Source: Akkermansiaceae bacterium (GTDB lineage Bacteria > Verrucomicrobiota > Verrucomicrobiia > Verrucomicrobiales > Akkermansiaceae). Taken from it: 64,000 nucleotides of DNA. The stretch spans positions 64,001 to 128,000 of the forward strand of contig JBPOGF010000011.1 in assembly GCA_051251915.1 (NCBI GenBank), in the 5' to 3' direction. Every line of letters starts with the position of its first letter. Position 1 is the stretch's first letter. Shown here piece after piece: positions 11,601-20,400 of this stretch. A model generated the notes under the pieces. That model saw only the letters and a program-made list of their open reading frames with translations, did no database searches and was not told where the DNA came from. A program made the translations under genes and the position numbers.

Positions 11601-11821
11601 CAACCACTAGCTTAGACCACTTCGAGCAGTTCCTCCAGAGCATGCCAGCTAACTACAGCGACCATGAAACTGAAGAAGCCCCGATCACTGACCAGAACAT
11701 CGGCCAAGCAGTTGCAACTTCCGGCGGCATCCCGCTCAAGAACAACAAAAAATTCAAGCTAGATCTACCGAAACGCAAACCAATCCAGCTACCTAAAGGC
11801 TCCGGCAAAAGCAATTCCTAA
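8687..11821 (+). CDS. secA: Preprotein translocase ATPase SecA
   Basis: [70 protein letters not shown] and QLRGR. Confidence 0.98.
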   Translation: [1044 protein letters not shown]

Positions 11822-11846
11822 GATAGCTACTAAAACAATCTAATCC

Positions 11847-11882
11847 AAACCTGCGCGAGATATCCTTGCGCAGGTTTTTTTT
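11847..11882 (+). terminator. Rho-independent terminator after secA
   Basis: AAACCTGCGCGAG-loop-CTTGCGCAGGTTT followed by a T run. Confidence 0.85.
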
Positions 11883-11901
11883 ATCCCCTAAAACTCACCT
11901 C

Positions 11902-12897
11902 ATGCTAGAAAATACACTCAACCAGTACTTAGAAAAAACCGAAGCTGGCGGCATTCTATGCGCGATCAATATTGACGGCGTAATTCAGACATTTTCAGCA
12001 GGAGACATTCCCAGTAATGACCACCAACGCCCCTTCTACATCTACTCAATCTCCAAAACATTCACCGCAGTAGCCATGATGCGACTCTGTGAAAAACTCG
12101 GCTGCTTCCTTGACCAATCAGTCCTCGGAATCTTACCCCACTACCAGATTCCCAAGGAAATCACCACCCGCCAATTACTAAACCACACCAGCGGACTATC
12201 AGATTACTTCAGCCAAAAGGAATACCAAGAAGCAGTACACAGCACTCCAGAAAACCCATGGAGCTATAAGAAACTCATGGCAGTCGGCCTCCGTGACACC
12301 CCGCTATTCCCAGCAGGTGAAAGCTGGAGCTACTCCAACCCAGGCTACGGAATGCTAAAGGAAATCATCTCTATCAAATCAGGCATGAGCTATGAAGAAT
12401 ATATTGATCTCAACATCATCAAACCGCTCGGATTGAAATCGACCAGAGCATTCACAACTCTCGACACAGAACACCAATTACTACCAGGAATCGACCCCAA
12501 CATGTCAGAAGACTTCCGTGATCGATATGACCCAGGCTGGATCGCAACCGGCTGCTTCATATCCACCGTCGAAGAGATCACCAAATTCTACCACGCCCTC
12601 TTCACAGAAAAACTTACCTCCAGTGACTCACTAAACCAAATGACCCAGCTCGTAGAGCTAAATTTCCCCCTACCTGAACCCAAAAAAGCAGCCTACGGAC
12701 TAGGCCTAATGAGCGCAAACAACGACCCACAAGGAAGAAACTACGGACACGGTGGCGGAGGCCCCGGCTACACAACCTACGCAAGACATTACCCAAATCA
12801 CCAATCCAAACAAATCTCCATAGCCCTCGTCATAAACGCCACCCTCTCAATGACCCCATTCGATCTGACTGATGAGATATTTGCCAAACTAGCATAG
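11902..12897 (+). CDS. Serine hydrolase, beta-lactamase class C / D-Ala-D-Ala carboxypeptidase-like
   Basis: SxxK (SISK), LLNHTSG, YSN and GHGGGGPGY motifs. Confidence 0.88.
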   Translation: MLENTLNQYLEKTEAGGILCAINIDGVIQTFSAGDIPSNDHQRPFYIYSISKTFTAVAMMRLCEKLGCFLDQSVLGILPHYQIPKEITTRQLLNHTSGLSDYFSQKEYQEAVHSTPENPWSYKKLMAVGLRDTPLFPAGESWSYSNPGYGMLKEIISIKSGMSYEEYIDLNIIKPLGLKSTRAFTTLDTEHQLLPGIDPNMSEDFRDRYDPGWIATGCFISTVEEITKFYHALFTEKLTSSDSLNQMTQLVELNFPLPEPKKAAYGLGLMSANNDPQGRNYGHGGGGPGYTTYARHYPNHQSKQISIALVINATLSMTPFDLTDEIFAKLA

Positions 12898-12908
12898 CTG
12901 ATAAAATG

Positions 12909-12943
12909 AAAAAATCCCGCAGCACCAGAAGCGCTGCGGGATT
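12909..12943 (-). terminator. Intrinsic terminator (possibly bidirectional) for PVC heme protein copy 1
   Basis: AATCCCGCAGC-loop-GCTGCGGGATT with an A run on the left, giving a U tail on the minus strand; lies between convergent genes. Confidence 0.8.
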
Positions 12944-12977
12944 GATAATGATTTTATAATTTGTAGAATGAAGAATA

Positions 12978-15900
12978 CTACTTCATAGGATGTGCTTTAA
13001 GCAAATCAGCAGCCTGGTATGGACCTTTCTTGTTCTGCTCGTCAGTAGCCTTCTGGATTGTATCAACTTGCTTTTTGCCAATAAAATCACCAGTTTTATT
13101 AGACCAAGCATTCCTCACATAAGTAAGAATATCCGCTAGCTCTCTATTAGGAACACGTCCGTCAAATCCAGCCATAGCGCTGTTGTACTTTTTGCCTTTG
13201 ACTTCAATCTCACCCATGATGCCGTGAAGCGCGATCTTAGTAAGAAGCACTTTATCGCCAGTCACCCACTTACTTCCATCAAGAGGAGGAATACCAGCCT
13301 GCGCATTACCTTCACCCTTAACTCCGTGACAGATAACACAGCTTTCAGCGTGATGATAAGCAACTTCACCTTTTTGGTAAGACTTCTGCACACTGGTGTC
13401 TGCCTTTTTCAAGTGACGTGGCAACTTGACCACATTCTTTTTAATGATCAGTGTCTCGTCATTTAAATGAGATTTACCAAACTTAGCTGCGTCTTCAGAC
13501 CAAGCATTCACTGGTGTTTTCTCAAATTCAGCAATGATCGCAAGACCGTCCTCTTTGCCCATCCATGAAGCAGCTACTACCGCTTCATGTCTGACCTGAG
13601 CATTCGGGTCTCCTGCTGACTTCTTAAGAAGCTCCACTGCATTTTCTAGCTTATCTGCATTGAAACGCACCGCTCTAGTAGCCGCCGCTCTTGCGCGTGG
13701 CTCTTTGTCAGTTAAACACGCATTGAGAATATCAGAGTCAATCTTATCGATCCCCCAAGAAACCCACATTGCCTCAGTAAGATGATGTGAATACCTTGGA
13801 TCACTCTTATCTAATCCAGCCACCCACTTAGTGAGAGCCGCTGCAACTTCACCAGCATCTCTACCACGTAGCTCTCTACGCACACGGTAGCGAGTACGGA
13901 TCTCAGGAACTTTAAGATTTTCGAGCAATTCATCAATCCCTGCTCCATCCACCTTCACAATAGGAACTAACGGACGTGATGGATACGTGATGCGATAAAT
14001 TCTACCATGAACATGGTCACGCTTAGGGTCACGAGCATTGTGCTGCATGTGTCCGATAAGAACATTACTCCAGTCAATCACATAAAGTGAACCATCTGGT
14101 GCAAATTCAAGATCCACAGGGCGGAAATAAGGATCCGATGACTGAAACAGCTTCTGACGAAATTCTGTCTTGTAGCCATTTTCACCATCCGGAGTCACCT
14201 TATGCTGCATCGCTCCCAGGAAACCGATATTGTTACAAATAAGCGCATCACCTTGCACATCATCTGGGAAATGTCTTGATGAAACAAACTCTAAACCAGA
14301 AGTTGGCCTTACTTTGTTACTCGTAAGAAGATCTGGTGCAGTAAGATTCACATTGTACCGTGACTTCACTGCTGACTGTTGCATCCATGAAAGCTTCGTT
14401 CCTGATGTATGAAGGAAGAAATTCTGCCCCCAATCATTGAATGCAATTCCCCATGGGTTAGGGATGCTGTATTGAGCTGCTCTTTCAAGCCTACCCTTAG
14501 CTGGATTATAACGATAGAATCCACCATTTGTTCCTCTAACAGGCCCATACGGTGTCTCTACATTTGAATGAAGAAATACTCCTTCACCCATATAAAACGC
14601 GCCTGATGGATCAGCACAGAAGCTAGAAATAGCATGGTGCGTATCGTGATCATCAAAGCCACTGAGAACTACTTCTCTAGTATCCGCCTTGTCATCACCA
14701 TCTGTATCCTTGAAAAGAACGAGATCATTCTGAAGAGAAACAAACACACCGTGCTCAGTGATTTCAAATCCCATAGGAGTTACAATGTGATCAACAAAAA
14801 CCGTTTGCTTATCCGCAACACCATCATTGTCAGTATCTTCAAAGATAATAATCTTATCATTTGGCAACGGATCACCAATTCTATACTGAGGATAACTAGG
14901 CATACAGCTCACCCAGAGGCGGCCTTTATTATCAAATGCCATTTGTGACGGGTTCGCCAAGTCTGGGAACATTTTCTCATCTGCAAAGAGCTTCATCTCG
15001 TAACCCTCTGGAAGCGTCAGCTTAGATTCCATTTCCTTACCTGTAGCATACTTCACCGGTCTATTTGAGTTAGACTCTACTGGCTTCAACTTAATCGTCT
15101 TAGCATCAGCGGCGGCCATGTCGAAAGCTTCCCCCTTGTTTACAGCCCAGAGAGCCTTATCTCTGATTTCAGTCATCTGACGAATCTTAGTGAGCTCATC
15201 AGGATAGTTGACATTACCAAAAGGCTTGTACCTTCTACCGTGAACGTGAACACCATTTGGAATCTTGTAATCAAGAAGCCAAACTCTATTCTTCTCAGCC
15301 ACAGCTGCCTGGACTTTCACCTTTTGAGCATCGTCAGCCTTTACCTCTTTTTTACCAAAAAGAAGGTTAGCTAGCATTGGAGCCAGCTTCTCATAACCAG
15401 CCTCATTAAGGTTGTGACCATTTGAAGTCAGATCTTCCTCAGTTGAATTATAGAACCCCTTCGTCGCAGAAAACGCGTCTACAAAAAGAACCCCTTCTTC
15501 CTTACATACATCAGACATTGCCTTAGAGTATGCTTCTAGATTCTTATTCGTTTCTTCACCATTCGGCAGATCACGCTTTGCAGACAAATCTTCAAATGCA
15601 GCAGGAGAAACAATGGCTAGCTGAGGTGCAGCACCAGAGTATTTCTGACTCAAAGTGTATTTAATAAACGCTCTTAGTTCAGCTTTATAACCCTCAAGTC
15701 GCTCTAAACCATCAAATGACTCACTGTAGCCAAAAAAACCAATCACAGTATCAATCTCGTGACGAGTCAACCACTCATCAGGAGTCTCATAGTGACCCTT
15801 TCCTCCACCCGCTTGATATTCTCTCTTAACCAATTCTTTGCCACCAGGAATCACCCAGTGAGATTTTCTAGATGGATGAGGCCGGAATGCCGGTGTATCT

Positions 15901-17093
15901 CCCTCCTTACCCCAGTTTCTGATGTAGAGATCATTCTCAGGGTAACGAAGTTGAAGTTCAGTCTCAAACTCGCTAAAAAGATTCATCCGTGAAGCGAGAC
16001 CACCACCAATAAATCCAATACGACTATTTTTACCAATATTCAGACTTGTCGGAACCTCAGGCCCCATAGTCTTCATCACTTCAGCCTCTTTCTTAAGAAC
16101 AAAATCCGATGGAGTGTGTTTTTTCTTAAACCCCTTAAAACCATAGAAACTAGGCTTATACTCACCGTCAATAGTCACATCCGCTTTCGCAGGAACCTTC
16201 ATATCAAGTCCCCAGTAAACTCCATTAACTACAAGACGACGAAGATCTTCATCCTCCAGATCAGTAGCCGCACCCATTGTAGTAGTGAGAACCTTATTCA
16301 CCTTACCAGACTCCTGCTTATATTCGCGAGTCCATGCCACCGGTTGCATCGGATCATTCTTACCTTCTACGTCAGCAGAATCAGGTTCAAATGACTCAGT
16401 CACTGCCCCACGTAACAAAATAGTAGCCGGCTTCATTGGATCTGCTCCATAAACATCAGATGTGCAGAAGATCTCACCTACTCCGTTAAGAATAGCATTC
16501 TCCTCAGCACCCTTCTCAATGTGTGTACGAGTAGCTTCTTTCTTGTGCTTACCATGGTGGCTCACCCAAGTTTCACCCAGAACTTGTCTACCAAAACCTT
16601 TGTCCCAGCCAGTTTCTGATTTAGCATTAAATGAATATTTTGCCCACTTACTACCCGCGCCTACTTTGAATGCATGTGTAGAAGTTCTCAGTGCTACCAT
16701 TGGCACACCACGCTCGAACGCTGCATTGAATTTCTCAAAAGCCTCATCACCCCAGTTCCTGAAACGGATACACATAACAATCGCATCCGCTGAATCCAAA
16801 GCTACAGGGTTCGATAAACTCTTTTGGTTCGCAGGATCAACAAATTTATTGTCCTTATCCATCGAGAATAAGACCGTGCACTTGAACCCTTGCTCCGAAA
16901 GCAACTGAGCCATCATTGGCATAGATTCCTCTGACCTATACTCCTCATCACCAGCTAATAGCACCACGTGTTTTCCGTTAGACTCCCCCGTTGCTTCAAA
17001 GACCAAATGGTCTTGCTGCGCTTGGGAAAGAGCCATACCACAGGCGTAGACGCCAAGGGTGCACATTCCTATTTTTATTTCTCTTAGTTTCAT
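12978..17093 (-). CDS. PVC-type heme-binding CxxCH multidomain protein (ThuA-like + SGNH-like + sugar-dehydrogenase-like beta-propeller + HEAT + cytochrome c), copy 1
   Basis: Signal peptide; GDEEYRSEE (ThuA-like); EDTDNDGVADK, DTHHAIS, NPWG and FRPVDLEFAPDGSLYVIDW (propeller); HEAT repeats; CVICH heme motif with distal Met. Start placed to match copy 2. Confidence 0.88.
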   Translation of the reverse strand: MKLREIKIGMCTLGVYACGMALSQAQQDHLVFEATGESNGKHVVLLAGDEEYRSEESMPMMAQLLSEQGFKCTVLFSMDKDNKFVDPANQKSLSNPVALDSADAIVMCIRFRNWGDEAFEKFNAAFERGVPMVALRTSTHAFKVGAGSKWAKYSFNAKSETGWDKGFGRQVLGETWVSHHGKHKKEATRTHIEKGAEENAILNGVGEIFCTSDVYGADPMKPATILLRGAVTESFEPDSADVEGKNDPMQPVAWTREYKQESGKVNKVLTTTMGAATDLEDEDLRRLVVNGVYWGLDMKVPAKADVTIDGEYKPSFYGFKGFKKKHTPSDFVLKKEAEVMKTMGPEVPTSLNIGKNSRIGFIGGGLASRMNLFSEFETELQLRYPENDLYIRNWGKEGDTPAFRPHPSRKSHWVIPGGKELVKREYQAGGGKGHYETPDEWLTRHEIDTVIGFFGYSESFDGLERLEGYKAELRAFIKYTLSQKYSGAAPQLAIVSPAAFEDLSAKRDLPNGEETNKNLEAYSKAMSDVCKEEGVLFVDAFSATKGFYNSTEEDLTSNGHNLNEAGYEKLAPMLANLLFGKKEVKADDAQKVKVQAAVAEKNRVWLLDYKIPNGVHVHGRRYKPFGNVNYPDELTKIRQMTEIRDKALWAVNKGEAFDMAAADAKTIKLKPVESNSNRPVKYATGKEMESKLTLPEGYEMKLFADEKMFPDLANPSQMAFDNKGRLWVSCMPSYPQYRIGDPLPNDKIIIFEDTDNDGVADKQTVFVDHIVTPMGFEITEHGVFVSLQNDLVLFKDTDGDDKADTREVVLSGFDDHDTHHAISSFCADPSGAFYMGEGVFLHSNVETPYGPVRGTNGGFYRYNPAKGRLERAAQYSIPNPWGIAFNDWGQNFFLHTSGTKLSWMQQSAVKSRYNVNLTAPDLLTSNKVRPTSGLEFVSSRHFPDDVQGDALICNNIGFLGAMQHKVTPDGENGYKTEFRQKLFQSSDPYFRPVDLEFAPDGSLYVIDWSNVLIGHMQHNARDPKRDHVHGRIYRITYPSRPLVPIVKVDGAGIDELLENLKVPEIRTRYRVRRELRGRDAGEVAAALTKWVAGLDKSDPRYSHHLTEAMWVSWGIDKIDSDILNACLTDKEPRARAAATRAVRFNADKLENAVELLKKSAGDPNAQVRHEAVVAASWMGKEDGLAIIAEFEKTPVNAWSEDAAKFGKSHLNDETLIIKKNVVKLPRHLKKADTSVQKSYQKGEVAYHHAESCVICHGVKGEGNAQAGIPPLDGSKWVTGDKVLLTKIALHGIMGEIEVKGKKYNSAMAGFDGRVPNRELADILTYVRNAWSNKTGDFIGKKQVDTIQKATDEQNKKGPYQAADLLKAHPMK

Positions 17094-17170
17094 AAATTTA
17101 TATTCACTTTTCAGCATTAAGCTAAACCCTCTCTTCTTTAATAAGTAAGAGGATCATTCACTGTTTTGAA

Positions 17171-17199
17171 AAGATGGCAGGACTTTACCGAATTGTCAT
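17171..17199 (-). promoter_or_regulatory. Sigma70-type promoter of copy 1 (ATGACA-N17-CATCTT, extended -10 TG)
   Basis: Boxes and 17-nt spacing are conserved in copy 2 while the spacer has diverged. Confidence 0.6.
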
Positions 17200-17390
17200 G
17201 TATAAAAGTCAACAAGACAGAGTTCATATCTACATATTTTTAAGGATACAAATATTCAAATTTTTAGCTGATAATAAACTTTTTCTCCAATCCTCAATGA
17301 CGCGGTTTTTTATCGCTTTAAAAATATTCAAAACCCAAAAACCATTGAGAGACAGTAATAATCCAATAGGCTCAATTATGCGCACCAATG

Positions 17391-17422
17391 AAAATCCCGC
17401 AGTGTAAAAAACACAGCGGGAT
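17391..17422 (-). terminator. Intrinsic terminator for PVC heme protein copy 2
   Basis: ATCCCGC-A-GTGT-loop-ACAC-A-GCGGGAT, homologous to the 12913-12943 hairpin. Confidence 0.7.
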
Positions 17423-17461
17423 GAATAGGATTTCAGGATCGATTATATGAGCTCACATAAA

Positions 17462-20400
17462 TTACTTCACTGTGTGAACTTTAAGCAAATCCTCAACCTT
17501 GTATGGACCCTTCTTAGACTGCTCGTCAGTCTCTTTCTGAAGATAGTCAATGTGCTTCTTCGTCAAGGAATCCCCTGCTTTGTTAGACCAAGCATTTCTC
17601 ACATAGGTAAGGATGTCTGCTAATTCCTTATTAGGCACACGCCCATTGAATCCAGCCATCGCACTGTTGTATTTTTTGCCTTTAACTTCGATCTCCCCCA
17701 TGACGCCGTGGAGCGCAATCTTAGCGAGAAGCTTAGCATCACCAGTCACCCACTTACTCCCATCGAGAGGAGGAACTCCGATAGCTTCATTGCCTTCACC
17801 ATTCGCACCATGACATACAACACAGCTTTCTTGATGATGATACGCTCTCTCACCGTTCTGGTAAGACTTCTGCACATCAGCAGATGATTTTTTAAGATGG
17901 TCCGGAACCTTCACAAGTATCACCTTCTCTTTAATAGTAGCCTCCTCTAGGTGAGCTTTAGCATACTTATGTGCATCTTTAGACCAGTCATTGACTGGCT
18001 TCTTCTCAAATTCAGCAACAATCTCAAGACCCTGCGATTTGCCCATCCATGATGCAGCAATGATTGCTTCATGTCTAACTTGAGCATTTGAGTCTGTTGC
18101 AGATTTCTTGAGTAGATCCACTGCGTTGCCTAACTTATCTGCATTGTAGCGAACTGCCCTAGTAGCGGCTGCTCTAGCTTTAGGCTCTTTCGAGTTCAAG
18201 CATGCCTCAAGGATCTGCTGGTCGATCTTATTGATCCCCCATGATACCCACATTGCCTCAGTAAGATGGTGCGCATACTTAGGATCATTTTTGTTCAACC
18301 CTGCAACCCACTTAGGAAGCGCCGCTGCCACTTCACCAGCATTTCTGCCTCGAAGCTCTCTACGTGTACGGTAGCGTGTACGGATTTCAGGAAGTTTGAG
18401 GTTATCTAATAGCTCTTTGATACTAGCTCCATCTACCTTCGCGATCGGCACGAGTGGACGTGATGGATACGTGATACGATAAATTCTACCATGAACATGA
18501 TCACGCTTAGGGTCACGAGCATTGTGCTGCATGTGCCCAATAAGAACATTACTCCAGTCGATCACATAAAGTGAACCATCTGGCGCAAACTCAAGATCCA
18601 CAGGACGGAAATACGGATCCGATGACGTGAAGAGATCATGACGGAATTCAGCTTTATACCCATTCTCACCATCAGGGATCATCTTATGCTGCTTAGCTCC
18701 AAGGAACCTAATGTTGTTACAAAGTATAGCATCTCCCTGGACTTCATCAGGGAAGTGCCTAGAGGAAACAAATTCTAATCCAGCGGTAGGTCGCACTCCT
18801 CTTTTTGTAAGAAGATCCGGTGCCTTCAAGTTCACATTGTAACGTGATTTCACTGCAGAACGCTGCATCCAAGAGAAAGAAGGTCCCGATGTATGAAGGA
18901 AGAAGTTCTGCCCCCACTCATCAATAGCGATGCCCCAAGGGTTCGGGATACCATACTGAGCTGTTCTCTCAAGTCTGCCCTTAGCCGGATTGTAGCGATA
19001 AAATCCACCATTTGTTCCCCTAACTGGTCCGTATGGAGTCTCTACATTGGAATGAAGGAACGTCCCCTCACCCATGAAAATCGCTCCAGATGGATCCGCA
19101 CAGAAACTAGAAATAGCGTGGTGTGTATCGTGATCATCAAAACCACTCAGAACGACTTCTCTGGTGTCTGCTTTATCATCACCATCTGTATCCTTGAAAA
19201 GAACCAGATCGTTCTGTAGAGAAACAAACACACCATGTTCAGTGATTTCAAATCCCATAGGAGTTACAATGTGATCCACAAAGATCGTCTGCTTATCCGC
19301 CACACCATCATTATCCGTATCTTCAAAAATGATAATTTTATCATTTGGTAACGGATCACCAATTCTATACTGGGGGTAACTAGGCATGCAACTCACCCAA
19401 AGGCGACCTTTATTATCAAATGCCATCTGTGACGGATTCGCCAAATCTGGAAACATCTTCTCATCTGCAAAAAGCTTCATCTCGTAGCCTTTTGGAAGTG
19501 TAAGCTTAGACTCCATTTCTTTACCAGTAGCATACTTCACCGGTCTTTCAGAGTTAGATTTAACAGGCTTAAGCGCAATCGTCTTCGCATCAGCTGCCGC
19601 CACATCAAAGTCCTTATCTTTGTTCGCAGCCCAGAGAGCCTTATCTCTTATCTCATTCATCTGACGAATCTTAGTGAGCTCGTCAGGGTAATTGACATTT
19701 CCGAATGGCTTGTAGCGTCTTCCGTGAACGTGAACACCATTTGGAACCTTGTAATCCAGAAGCCAAAGTCTATTTTTCTCAGCCACTGCTGCATGGATTT
19801 TCTCTTTTTTCTCTGAATCTGCTTCTACCTCTTTTTTACCATAGATAAGATTAGCCAACATTGGAGCTAATTTCTTGTAACCAGCATCATTGAGATTATG
19901 ACCATTTGACGTGAGATCTTCCTCAGTTGAGTTATAGAACCCCTTAGTCGCCGAATATGCATCAACGAAAAGAACTCCTTCTTCCTTACATACATCAGAC
20001 ATTGCCTTCGTGTAAGCCTCAAGACTACGGTTCGTTGCTAGACCATTAGGCAGATCACGCGTTCTAGATAGATCTTCAAATGCTGCCGGTGAAACAATGG
20101 CTAGCTGCGTTGTTCCTCCAGAGTATTTCTGGCTCAATGTGTGCTTAATAAATGCTCTAAGCTCTTCCTTGTAACCATCGATACGCTCAAGACCATCAAA
20201 AGATTCACTATAACCGAAAAAGCCGATCACTGTATCTATCTTGTGACGACCCAACCACTCATCAGGTGTCTCATAGTGACCACGACCACCACCACTTTGA
20301 TATTCTTTCTTAACTAGCTTTTTTCCATCAGGAATCACCCAGTGAGATTTTCTAGAAGGATGCGGACGGAATGCCGGCGTATCACCCTCCTTACACCAGT

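Noticed and set aside
17169..17206. TTGTCAnGTnTAAA motif shared by both duplicates as a transcription factor site
   Set aside because: More simply explained as the -35 region of a promoter with exact 17-nt spacing to CATCTT.
17174..17407. 77-aa plus-strand ORF between the duplicated genes
   Set aside because: AT-rich, overlaps the promoter and terminator, and has no recognisable motif.
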